NCBI GenBank assembly: GCA_024626585.2
Contig: JANKJI020000004.1
Coordinates: 154,127,716-154,145,328, forward strand
Length of the DNA: 17,613 nt
Reading direction: 5' to 3'
Source of the DNA: Ginkgo biloba
Lineage: Eukaryota > Plantae > Ginkgophyta
Positions 1-11,368 of the stretch are shown here, one piece after another. The notes under the pieces are model-generated. The model ran no database searches. It was given only the letters and a program-made list of their open reading frames with translations, and was not told the origin of the DNA. Position 1 is the stretch's first letter. Every line of letters begins with the position of its first letter. The translations under genes were made by a program, and so were the position numbers.

Positions 1-257
1 CACAAATAGGGTGTTAGCCTTTGTATTCTCACACACATGTATTTTGATTGATATGAGTTGTGTTAATTGTAATCTTGTATTTGCACACTTGGAAATAAAG
101 AGAGTCTTCCTTTGTCTAATGTTCTTGTGAAGTGTTGATCTTTGATCTTGCTTATAATATTGAGTTAGATGTGTTAGATCTTTGATTCTAAATCTCCAAG
201 AGTGCATAGAGATATGCTATTGATCTGAATGCAGGTGATTTGGCAAGTTCATAAGAC
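1..257 (+). mobile_element. Possible 3' (R/U5) part of an LTR
   Basis: TG-rich non-coding sequence with AATAAA at 94-99 and a possible CA end (...ataagaCA). Positions 81-120 match the reverse complement of 16272-16310 (inside the LTR at 15788-16683) at about 30 of 40 positions by eye. Confidence 0.35.
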
Positions 258-1169
258 AAGTACAAATCATTGTCTTAAACTACATGCAAAAACAGACAAA
301 TTTAAAATCATTGTTCATATTTTTGGTCTTCTATAGTCAATACTGCATTTCAACACACCATGCCGTGTTCAAGTGTTCTCCAAAGGTGCATACTTATACA
401 ATACTATATTTTCGCACGCTATAAAGGCATGCACTTACACATTATCTCTTGCAACTGTGTGCACTAATATAATATTATAAAATTCTCTATATAGAGAGCT
501 AATTTAGGCAATACAAGTTGATAAATAAACTAAATTCCAATGTAATTAGGAATACATAAGGCTACATGGAATATTACCCCTTTGAATACAATCAAACGCT
601 TCTACATATTTTAAGGACATTCTTTCAAGTCTCCATTACCAGGCGAGTACATCCCTTAACACACCACAAGATGAAAATAATGAAATGTTTTAAGGACACA
701 TAAGTATAAAGGATAATAGAAATAACATTCCTAATAAGTTGTCTTTATAATGGTGGTTAATGAAATTATTTGTATAGAATGCCATAGAAACTTAAAATTA
801 TTGGACAATACAATATCCATTACTTTACATATCATTGAGAAAGTATTCAAAATTCTAAATGATAAATCTAAATTATAGATAACTACCAACTGATGAGTAT
901 TTAAAGACTTTCTTGAACTTACCAAATCCTAGGCAAGACCACGTACTGACTGACTAACTACATTATTCTTATAAAAACTTACATCCCTACGCATTGTTTC
1001 TATTACAAATCTTGATACAAAGAGTAAAAAGAACAAGAAGTACTTGAAATATAAGCATTGTCCAACATTTTCCTAACTACTACCAAAATGCTTTAATATC
1101 AACATCTGATCCATATTTTGGTGATTTATACAACTAATGTTCCTTAATTTCTCATGAATAATGAGTGCC

Positions 1170-2592
1170 AAATCAACATTCGTCATTCCTCCTTTCTTTA
1201 TACATGTTGAACCTATTCAGCAATTCCTTTGCCTCTCATCTCTTGGCATCAATCAATTCCCCTTCCAAGGGTAGTTGCAACAACTCTGGCGCTTTAGATT
1301 GCAAACCACTACACTAAGTTCAAAGAATGGGTTGCTCCTCGAGCAGTGATGGTTTCATGCAAGTGCTCCAATAAAGTAGATTGTTCATCCAACGACATGT
1401 GTCACTAATCTAGTGACTATCCAAGCAAACTTGCCTTCTTATGTTGATATGTTTACAAAGTTTGCTAAAAAAAACTGCATCTATGGTGTGGGTTCCATTT
1501 CATATTTGCTCATTGGCAAACTATTGATCAATATCTCCCTCATGCTGCATAGATTCAGCCACCTTTTCTTTTAATGACCCCTCTAAATGCTAGGCCATAG
1601 CACAATGAGAACCTGACTTAGTCCAGAGTCAAACCAAACACCATTGTGGGGCATCTTCACTATGAAAATTTGGATAGCTTCCATATCTTCCAAACTAAGT
1701 AGTTTGGGCCATAGTAAACCACTTATATTGGAACGTATGAACAAATGACTCCAAATTCCACACTGATTACCAATAATCTTCCTGGCAAACCTCTCCTTTC
1801 CATGCCTATTCAACCTCCGAAATTCCATCCTCAGATTGCATGGACTTACTGAAGGTTAGGAAAGAAGATGGTGACAATCCATTCAACATCATGGGTTTTC
1901 ATCCGTTGCACAAATACTTCACCTTTTCTTGCCAACCAACCATAAGCAACTACGACAAAGATATCAACTTTGAACTTCTCCCGTAGAAATTAACTACAAC
2001 CTCTCTAGCTAATGAGACATTTCTTGCCCCATCATTTGTCCTATTTTCCTCTATTTATGGCATTAAGTAAGATGCAGAAAGACTTCATGTTGTAATTGAA
2101 ATCATCTCGGAATCCATTGCAATAGGAAAATTGCTTTCAATGTAATAGGAGGGGTCTTCNNNNNNNNNNNNNNNNNNNNNNNNNNNNNNNNNNNNNNNNN
2201 NNNNNNNNNNNNNNNNNNNNNNNNNNNNNNNNNNNNNNNNNNNNNNNNNNNNNNNNNNNATTAGGTGATTAACTAAAAACCAGCTTTATTTACTTTGATT
2301 TCATTTCCCCTATTTTGATTTTACCATTTTAAAAATTTTAAATGAATTTCTTAACTCATTCCTCATAAAACTAAGGGTAGTTCCAATTTATCAACTCTAA
2401 CAAGCCAACATTCTTCAAGCCTACCAATAGATCCATGTTTTCTGAAATGGATTTCCATGATAGTAGCTCTTGATAAAATCTCCAAGGACTAATACTTCCT
2501 GATTCTTTCTTCTCTATTGCCCCATGTACACATTCTTCTATCACCTCCACCTCTTTTGCTTTTTGAATTAGTTTAGCTAAGTTTGCACACAT
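1170..2592 (-). pseudogene. Degenerate extra ORF downstream of gypsy integrase (Athila/Tat-style additional ORF)
   Basis: ORF 2592..2371 starts about 50 bp after the integrase C-terminal motif. It continues through stops as LKNVGLLELINWNYP*FYEE*VKKFI*NF*NGKIKIG. After the N gap, 2159-1170 is purine-rich and coding-like on the minus strand but has many stops, so that part is weak. Confidence 0.5.
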
Positions 2593-2639
2593 GCATATTT
2601 ACTAACTATGTATAAATGCAAGTCGACACTACGATTATT

Positions 2640-3780
2640 GTGTACAATTTTAATCTCCTACCATTCACAAGTTGAAGTAGTAGATGGCTATTCAATTGCC
2701 CTAATCTTACCCCTCCATTGAGCTAAATGATGTCGCTCATTTAATTGCAACTATTTATACAACCAAACAAGATTACAATCTTGATTCCTCAGATAACATT
2801 ACAATGCCACACACAGACTATAGACCTCAAACTCAATTGGCAACCAATTCCAAGCCACACACCAATTAAAATGGTGTCTCACCTAATGCATGCTTAGTTG
2901 TTTGGAATGGTCATTGTATTGATGGAATCTTCTTAGCTAACTAGCTCAACCAACAAAGTAGATTTTTAGCAAAACATTTTCCAAAACATTGCTTGAACAT
3001 CTAGCCTAATCATTACACTGACATAATATGGTGTTGGTTTTTGTGAATAATCATAAAGGCTTTTCCAAACATTGTATTATATCACTAGAAAACAACACCT
3101 CCTTGATCAGCAAACGACTAACGTGGAAAGGCAAATCATGTGATGAGAACTTCATAAAGAAACTTAGTTGTGGCATACTTATCTTGACATATTGATATAA
3201 AATATGAACCTCACACCATTCAATCACATAATAGTGGCAACCAAAACACACCTCACTTGCTTCTTCAAGTTGTGGGTTTGACTCTCCATAGAAAACCCAT
3301 ACTCCAATGTTCAAATGGTGATTGTGCCAAGATAACATGAAAGGGAAAATAATTCTATTCCAATTAATTTCCAACCCTTTGAAAAACATCACACATTTAG
3401 CGCAATCATCCGCCTTTTTTAAGCAAGTCAGGCCACCACAAGCTTGCATTCAAAGTCTTTCTACAAATCATGTCAACAATCACACGACCTCCTACTAGTT
3501 CTTCATGAGCTTGTCTCAGAATACACTACAACTCATGTTCCATCGTAGAGCACTGCAACACATGCTCAGGTACCATTCAATAAAGATACCCACCAATTAA
3601 CTGATATGGAGCAACTCATATAGCCCAACTTCTTTGTTTCGCTCTTTTAAACCCTAAAGGCAATGAACCAATGGCTAACCATTCCATATTTCCAATATAC
3701 CAGTCAAGAATAACCTCAACTCTAAACAACTCCACATTAAAAAAAACATTTCATACTCCCACTCTTGCCTCATCATTCAC
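2640..3780 (-). pseudogene. Ty3/gypsy integrase (degenerate)
   Basis: Manual translation across stops and frameshifts: ILRQAHEELVGGR...LNASLWWPDLLK...CDVFQRVG (HHCC region), AQSPFEHWSM, KFLYEVLIT*FAFP..ADQG, TPYY.QCN, GETPF*LVCG..PIEFEV, and terminal VNGRRLKLY at 2668-2642. Confidence 0.9.
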
Positions 3781-4145
3781 AATCCGAGAAAGTTGGTCTA
3801 GAACAATATGAGCTTTCATAAGTTTTACTATAATCTTGAAAGCAAATTTTTGGAAAAGCAACAACCATCGATTGATGTGTCCTTAGATGACAGGCTTATT
3901 GACCATATGCAAGTGTACTTGGTAATCTACCCGCCCCACCAAAAAAAACTATTGGCAAATAAGTAATGTAAATTTTTTTAAAGGGCATAGACCAAATCTA
4001 ATCCTTCTTGTTTTGTTGTGCTATAAGTTTGTTTTGTCTTGGAGAGCTTTTGATTGGCAAAATAGATGGATGGTCTAGATCATGCATTCCCTCCTTTGTG
4101 ATGGTATATCCTATAGCAAACTTGGATGCATCCATATGAAAATGT
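3781..4145 (-). pseudogene. Ty3/gypsy RNase H (degenerate)
   Basis: MDASKFAIG...IYFANQKLSKTKQTYSTTKQEGLDLVYAL*KNLHYL...VDYQ...VNKPVI*GHINRWLLLFQKFAFKII...HIVLDQL; decayed versions of the DAS, YS..E.E and DH motifs. Confidence 0.9.
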
Positions 4146-5100
4146 GTGTTTTCTTAGCAGGCAAACAATTTTGGCAAAATCTTGATGAATTGTCAGTGAT
4201 AGTCCTTGTCCCCTAAAAATGATTGTACACCATCAAGGTGTGTTGGAGGCTTCATTTGTAAAACCACCTAAACTTTCCTTGGATCCACTTTTAATCTTTG
4301 CTTACAGACCACATGGTCTAGTAATTTCCCTTTAGGCATGAAGAGTTGACGCTTTGTTGTATTAAGACCTAAACATGTGTGATGGTGAATCACCATACAT
4401 TCTTGGATAGCCCGGAGGTGATTTTGCACATCCCTATATATTGGAAAAAGACTTGCGTGTTTTTGGTAGCCATGTGTTAAATAGTTGCATAATGATTTGT
4501 TGGAATGTTGTCGCTGCATTACATCATCCAAAGGGCGTCTTGCTGTAAGCATAGATCCCATAATCTAACATGAATGTGGTCTTCAGCCTAACCTCCTCAA
4601 CAAGATTAAATTCATTATAGCCCAAAAGTCCATCCAAAAAAGAATAAATTTAATGTCCAGCCCTTTCTTCCATAATGTTCTCTGTGAATGGGATCTGACA
4701 TGTATCCTTCTTAGTCATCTCATTCGATTTCCAAAAATTCTCAAGGATCCACAATTTGCCATTCTTTTTTAATAAGTGGAAATAAGCAAAACCCTGTCTC
4801 TTGTGCTCACCTCAAAAATAGTTCCAACATCCAACATTTCCAAGTCTTTTATTCAACCTAAACATGTGGTTTGGATTCATCTAGTAGGGTTGTGGTTTAA
4901 CTAGCTTTGCCTCTAGAATGAGTTTGATCTAATTTTCACACCATTCTCATGGTGCTCCCTTTAAATCATGATATGTCCAAAAATATACATCCTTATACTC
5001 CTTCCATATATTTAATGAATTTGTTGTAAGTGTTGGATCTTACGAGTTTCACATGATAATCTTTTCGCGATGATCCTACACTCCCAAATTAACTTTTGTC
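4146..5100 (-). pseudogene. Ty3/gypsy reverse transcriptase (degenerate, non-chromovirus type)
   Basis: KEYKDVYFWTYHDLKG...PY*MNPNH...KKNGKLWI...TKKD...IPFTE...YSFLDGLLGYN...KTTF...GIYAYSKTPFG*CNAATTFQQ, then ORF 4561..4268 (LGLNTTK...GKLLDHVVCKQRLKVDPRKV). Confidence 0.93.
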
Positions 5101-5549
5101 ATTGCAAGGCCTTCATACCTTATGTCATCTTCACTCAGAAATGTATGTGTTGGAGTTGTTTCCATGCCCATCTCTTTGTATTAGAATTATGGAAAGGAAG
5201 GTATGAACACGTTCATTTCCTTTCGGTCCAACTTTAACATCCTTCTTGTCTTCAATATTATTGACAACATTAGTTTGATCATCATTATGCTTGGTCTGCT
5301 CAATTTCAACCTAGAAGCATCTAAGTAAGAACATTTCATACTCCCTTAGATGCCAATGCAACAAACCACTATTCCAAAGAGCATCGTCTTCCAAACATCA
5401 ATCCAACATTAACACTATCTTTAATTGAATGGCAAACTTTCCCCATCATTGTCCAAACCCAAACTTGACCCCAATTTTTCACTCATCATCTACAAAGCCT
5501 TTTCCCATTTTGCTTGATTACCAACGTAGATCATCCTCGATGCTAAATC

Positions 5550-5813
5550 GTTTTACTTTTGTTAGTTATAGTCATCTAAGTAATGCAGAATAAGTCAGTT
5601 CCCACGAAGACATTGAGATTACCACAAAATCGACCTTGAAAGTCTAACTAGCGATATAAATGACTTGTCCCATTAGTAGTCCTCTTGCTCCATCTTGACT
5701 TTGATTTGCCATCCTTAGTTTGAATCGTGAAGGCCAAGATGTTGGTTAGCCAAGTTGTTGCCATGCAATCTCTGAGATGATATTGACTCCTGATTCGTCA
5801 TCCACAATAATTC
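5550..5813 (-). pseudogene. Retrotransposon aspartic protease (degenerate)
   Basis: IIVDDESGVNIISEIAWQQLG*P...FKLRMANQS...KVDFVVI...YSALLR*L*L, matching the VDGGSGVNI and LLGRPWL motifs. Confidence 0.85.
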
Positions 5814-5913
5814 NNNNNNNNNNNNNNNNNNNNNNNNNNNNNNNNNNNNNNNNNNNNNNNNNNNNNNNNNNNNNNNNNNNNNNNNNNNNNNNNNNNNNNN
5901 NNNNNNNNNNNNN

Positions 5914-6960
5914 ATATTGTTAACTTCAACATCTCAAACGTTATTCGAAAAGGCACTTTTGTCCATTCTCAAACAAATCCTTTCTTCAAAAAGGCCTCCA
6001 ATGGTCAAGAAAACTCTATATGTCCTTAAACAATTTTTCAATAATACCTTGTCATACCTAGACATCCCTTGATTTCCTTAGTATCCTTTGGCAATGGATA
6101 ACAAAATTTACTCAGACTTTATCAAGATCAATCCATAGTACTTCCTTGGAGGTAATGTGACCCAAAAGAGTGATAATGGAACTAATAATCATGTACTTAA
6201 CTAAGTTTAAACATGAATGTTTTTGCAAACAAATTTGTAGCATCTCACGTATGATATATAAATGATTTTGAAACAACNNNNNNNNNNNNNNNNNNNNNNN
6301 NNNNNNNNNNNNNNNNNNNNNNNNNNNNNNNNNNNNNNNNNNNNNNNNNNNNNNNNNNTGCAGTGCATTAATAAGCCCAAAAGGCCTCACCCTGTAGACA
6401 TATGCCCCCAACTCATAGCAAAAGTGGTCTTCAATTCATCTTTAGCAACAATACTCAATTGTATTATTGCATCTATTTTGAAAAGTCTTCTCCCACACAT
6501 CTTCTATTAAAAGAAAGAAAAATGGCTCCTACTTAGTTACTTTGTTCAAACCATGGTTATCGATGTAGATGTGTATTTTACCATTTTACTATTCGTTTTC
6601 TTCACTACACAATGGGCCTCACCCACTCACTAATGTCCAATTCATAGATAAATCTAGCTTGTATCGTCTTATCAATCTTTTCCTTTACCTAGACTTTAAA
6701 CTTAAAATTCATTCGATATGGTCATTGTCAAACAAGTTTGGTTCCTCCAACCAATTCAATTTATTGTTGGCCCACTTCTAACAAAATACCTTTGAGAATG
6801 TACTCACTACAAGCAAAAACATCATTATGTTCCTCGTAAAAATTCTTTGGATTGAGTCACAATCTAGACATCCCAATAATCACCCATTATGATATACTAT
6901 GGATGCTTCTTCATACCAATATTAATTTTCTATGTCTTTAGTTGTTTGACTTCCACCACC
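5914..6960 (-). pseudogene. Second Ty3/gypsy reverse transcriptase (degenerate; element B)
   Basis: KINIGMKKHP*YIIMGDYWD...EHNDVFACSEYILKGI...PYRMNFK...SEWVRPIV...GKIHIYIDNHGLNKVTK...KTTFAMSWG/AYVYRVRPFGLINAL-[N gap]-...LNLVKY...LLGHITSKEVLWIDLDKV...EIKGCLGMTRYY. Confidence 0.9.
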
Positions 6961-7299
6961 TTCCCATCTCCACTAGTCTAATTTGTTAATCGAGCTTCTG
7001 CTCTACGATCTTCAGGCACCAACGAGTGTATTTAGCAAGAAATTTCCTAGGAAAAAATTTTAAGGTCTTCTACACTCGCATCTCCCTCTCCAGAGTAAGA
7101 GGTCTAGTTGTGTGCCATCCACAATCTCTAAAAGAATTAAACCAAAGGTTGAAACAATTATGAACTAGTTCCTAATCCTACCATTGTAATCTTTTGAAGC
7201 ACTCATGCACTCAAAGTACATCCTACTATGTAATGAAATCTTTCAAAAACCTTGAGACCGACTCTTTGAGAAAGGGTTTTCTTGACAGATATCTCCTTG

Positions 7300-8380
7300 C
7301 ATACCACAATTGCCACCTTCTTGTCCTACTTGACTGTGAAATTTTGTCGAAGATGTGGGCAATCTTGTTTTGTGTGGTTATCTTCGCACTTGAAGCACTT
7401 GATTGGTGGATTTTTATCTCCCTTCTATTGAGATTACTTCTCTTCTTTTTGAAGTTGCAGTTCCTTTCCTTTACTTTGAGAAGACTTTGAAAACTTATTC
7501 GAAAAGAAACATTTCTTATCCTTTTTCTTCTTTGAGGAAAGCTGACTGGAAGATAAAAAATCCTTCTTCCCTTAGAATGGCTTCTTGAAAGAGTCTGGCT
7601 AGTTCATCTCAACCACTTCAACTTGTAAAACTATATTTGATGCAACTTTAATTGTCTTTGGTTGAGTAATTGCAACCCCTTGTCGGATATGAGGTTTCAA
7701 GCCTCTCATGAAATGACACTCCTTGTATCTTATGGACAAATTCAATAATTTAGTAAAAAGAGAATTCAACTTATTACTATAGTCCTGCATAGTACCTATT
7801 TGCCTCAAGTTCCAAACCTAAGTATAATATTCCTGCATCTTATTCTGGGGTGCAAATTTCNNNNNNNNNNNNNNNNNNNNNNNNNNNNNNNNNNNNNNTC
7901 TCCCTCATGCTATCCTCTATCTTAGTTTGCCCACCATTCCACCATTCTCTTGCACCACCTTTGAATGCCATAGGAACTAGGGTAACCTTGTTTTCTTCTG
8001 AAATGTCAAAAGATTCAATGATAACCTCAACTGACCTTACCCATGCCAGAAAGAAGTGCTTAGGGCGATGCCATCGTAGTCTCAAATCTTCATATTCTTG
8101 AACTGCTTAACATTTTGTAGTAGCTTCCAATCCTTCCTAGATCGCTCATGCCTTGGTCCCCTCTTTGAACTTGTTGGATGATTCTTTTTGCTCCTTGGGA
8201 ACATTTTCTTCTTCTTCATGCTGCTCTTCTTTTTCATTCAGTGTTGGTTCCTTGGTCTACTCTTCAAAGGCTTCTCGCTTCTTTCTCCTTTCATTAGTTC
8301 GGAGTAGATTCTTTGGAGGTTGCTTGTCCTCTTTCAACTATTTGGTGGTCGCTTTTCAACAATCATCCATAAATTATTGA
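7300..8380 (-). pseudogene. Retrotransposon Gag with CCHC zinc knuckle (degenerate)
   Basis: ORF 8085..7840 (FLAWVRSVE...KVTLVPMAFKGGAREWW) and ORF 7808..7599 (RQIGTMQDYSNKL...HFMRGLKPHIR...QPKT) are Retrotrans_gag-like. CFKCEDNHTKQDC lies at about 7397-7359, and the N-terminal region is E/K-rich. Confidence 0.88.
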
Positions 8381-9309
8381 ACCGGGAGTTCATTAACTTT
8401 CGACGGTGAAGGATGTAGGAAACCTAACTCCACCAATTCGTGCAGAAGACGGGAATTCCTAAGTCTATGGCGATCATGAGCTTTAAATTCAGGAGAACAA
8501 AGTCATAAATCACTTGGCAGAAATACAAACAAAAGTAGAACTACTAAATCTGTGTTGGAATAATGCATCATTTGTAGTAGTGAGATTANNNNNNNNNNNN
8601 NNNNNNNNNNNNNNNNNNNNNNNNNNNNNNNNNNNNNNNNNNNNNNNNNNNNNNNNNNNNNNNNNNNNNNNNNNNNNNNNNNNNNNNNATAGTTCTCTAT
8701 TTGTCCTAAGCTTCCATCCATTTAGGATGTATAGTATCCAAGATCTTGAAAAAAAAAAAAATTGTGTGCAATCGAAGAGGAATCATATTTTGATGTCAAA
8801 CTTATTCGCATTTTTAAACATTCCTCAACAAATTCATGTTGCACCTAGAATGAACCATAATGACAACAGTAAAGTGCGCCCAAGCTAACCCTAAAAAGCT
8901 TCTCAAACCTCTAGCCAATTCTGTAGATTAACAACATATGTTGCTAACCACCAAAAAGGTGCCCCTAACAATGTGAGTGGAAAGACTCGCAACCATTCCT
9001 CATGCCCCTCAATCTTTTGTTGAATTCATGATTCTATGCATCTTGTGACATTATCCTTGCCCAAACCTAGGTGCATTCTAACCTCAAGAGATGAATTCTA
9101 CAACTAAATCTTATATGCTAGAAAACTATCTATGTTGGATGTGCTTTTGCCTTTTTTTCTTTCTATCAATAGTACTAAAAATACATTAAAAATTTGATGC
9201 TACATAAAGGCCATTAGCTCACGAGTTGTACTTCTTTAACTACAGCTATATGTATTCCATCCTATACTTATTAACATTTATGTATGATCGATGTAGTCAA
9301 ATTGCACGT

Positions 9310-10506
9310 CATTACTTTGAAACTAGACAATGCACTGCTTCCTGCTCTTGATGCCTCCTAATCTGATGTTGTTGGATAGTAGTGGCTAAATGATGGATCG
9401 TAAGTTGTGGAGATGTGAAGACAATGCTTGATCTCCTTCCAACTTAGATATTGTCTTCCTAATATGATTCCATTTCTTGTAATCTTCCTTCAAAATCAAC
9501 TTCATCAACCCTCTCAATATGACCCTTATAACAAATTTGTTTATTAATTCATATTGGCTTGAAAGCCATGCTATTATATCTAAAATTTCATTATTAGTGG
9601 CCAATTCAATCTTGCAATAAAAGTTTGGTTCCTGAAAAAGATCTTCCATGTCTCCATATGGTTGCTCATCACAATAATAAGTATCCAAGCAAATATTTTC
9701 CTTCTCATCTTAAGTTGAAATTGTTGTAGTTAGATGCTTCATCATCATCCTGAAACCANNNNNNNNNNNNNNNNNNNNNNNNNNNNNNNNNNNNNNNNNN
9801 NNNNNNNNNNNNNNNNNNNNNNNNNNNNNNNNNNNNNNNNNNNNNNNNNNNNNNNNNNGGAAAAAGGATGCAACAAAGGCCAAAGTCACATCATAGGGAT
9901 AAAAGATGAAAATAATAAAATGAAATGAAGCTGAAAATAAACCTTCAATGAGCCATAGAAAAACGAGAATAAACATTAAAATTTCAAGAAGAGCTAAAAA
10001 TTAGCTAATGTTAACTAACCACTAAGAAATGTGTTGAGATAATTCTTTCTACATAAACAAATGCAAAATTACAGAAAAAACAGAAATATCGTCCTGGTAT
10101 CAATAGAGATGATTCATCTTTTGTTAAAAACTCAAATGAAACCCACCCAATTAGACAGGTGGTCTATAGGCCTATCTCACACACAAGTAAAACCAAGGAC
10201 TAGTACGTCCCCAATGAGATATGATATCTTGTCAGCTTAGACATTACTGCTTGGACTACATGCAAGGGACAAAGATGATTCCTGTGAATATGTTCTCCTT
10301 GCGTATGTTCATTAATTTCATCGTAGTATGTGTTTCTAAATTTTTCATAAAATAGCCATTCCAATGCATGAGAATAATGATCTACCCATTCTTTTGCATC
10401 CTGAATAAAGGTATCAATATGAGTCAAATATAGCGTGCAAAAAATTAAAAAAATATACCTTGATTGATGGAGGCTTCAACTGTGACTTCAGATCCCGAAC
10501 AGCTGT
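9310..10506 (-). pseudogene. Unassigned spliced gene fragment (2 clear exon-like blocks plus a decayed third)
   Basis: Exon 10506-10459 (ttacAG|...|GTatat; 48 nt, TAVRDLKSQLKPPSIK), a 58-nt T-rich intron, then exon 10400-10248 (ttcAG|...|GTaatg; 153 nt, DAKEWVDHYSHALEWLFYEKFRNTYY...HLCPLHVVQA). All junctions are phase 0. A further block follows tttcAG near 9750 and contains ORF 9688..9386, but with a stop or frameshift. Confidence 0.45.
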
Positions 10507-10728
10507 CTGTAACCCAAGTTCAAAATCAAAACTAACTCAGAACATGCACGCTAGGATCAAATTACAACTCAAGACAATGCCAACTCATTGAAGATTAGCA
10601 GACCAAAAGAGTCTGCAGATAAGGTATCCTTTTCTTCACCACTCTCCATAATCTTAGAAAGTCATACTAATAATGCCCATTAGCAAGACGCTGGCAGCAT
10701 TGCTGTCATAGATTTTACCAGAAACAAT

Positions 10729-10748
10729 AAAAAAAAAAAAAAAAAAAA
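10729..10748 (+). repeat. Poly(A) run, 20 nt
   Basis: Seen directly in the sequence. Confidence 0.95.
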
Positions 10749-11368
10749 GTGTCTAGAAAATTAACATACACCTTAAAACTGATTTAGTCCAATGACATTT
10801 AATAAGAAATCAAGAAGGATTGTGAAATTTTGCTTCCTCCAAATAGAAAATGCACTTGGAAAACAAATAATGAAGCTTAAAGACTAGCATTGCACAGAAA
10901 GGATTTTATGGATTGTTGTTGACAACTGGTGTGTTCCAAACATTACGAGAGTGACTTAGAAATATAAAAGAGCTACAAGGGAAAAGTTCTTGATATTCAA
11001 ATAAATGAAAAATAAAGGACAGCTTTAAAAACGCTCACGCAAACAGATTTGAGTTGTGCAAATGACATTCGCATGCACCCAAAACAATTATTTTTAATCA
11101 ACTGTCCATAAAATCCCCCTTTTCCAGTCACTTCATACATTTGAACCTTTCTTTTGACCACATACCCTAAATAATATCTTTTATGTCAATACTTTTTCTC
11201 GATCCTTTCAATTATGTTATAAGTACCCTCCAAATCATCTTTTGATTTGATCATGTAGCCATCAATATTCCTTAATAGGAATGATATGTTCAGTATTTCA
11301 TGTTAGTTTTCTTGGGAAGGCATTATCTAGGTAGGATAATAGGATGCCAGTTTATGTTGATGCTTCAG

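Larger units (their letters stand above)
1170..5813 (-). mobile_element. Decayed Ty3/gypsy LTR retrotransposon internal region (element A)
   Basis: The PR-RT-RH-INT domain order is diagnostic of Ty3/gypsy. There is no chromodomain after INT. LTRs, PBS and PPT were not located. Confidence 0.9.

Noticed and set aside
252-277. Small inverted repeat taagacaa/ttgtctta, and the palindrome ctctatatagag at 485-496
   Set aside because: Short and expected by chance in AT-rich DNA.
3051-3449. 132-aa minus-strand ORF as a standalone gene
   Set aside because: It is a mosaic of in-frame and off-frame pieces of the frameshifted integrase.
5814-5913. Tandem or nested arrangement of gypsy elements A and B as one unit
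   Set aside because: The junction is a 100-N scaffold gap, so true distance and linkage are unknown.
7194-7588. Hydrophobic plus-strand ORFs that look like membrane proteins
   Set aside because: They are antisense shadows of the K/E-rich gag C-terminus.
8153-8380. Ser/Phe-rich plus-strand ORF
   Set aside because: It is antisense to the acidic gag N-terminus.
8400-8590. Expected primer-binding site and 5' LTR upstream of gag
   Set aside because: No TGG-starting tRNA complement following a CA could be identified, and an N gap follows.
10729-10748. Poly(A) as the tail of a SINE or retrocopy
   Set aside because: No target-site duplication or Pol III A/B boxes were found upstream.
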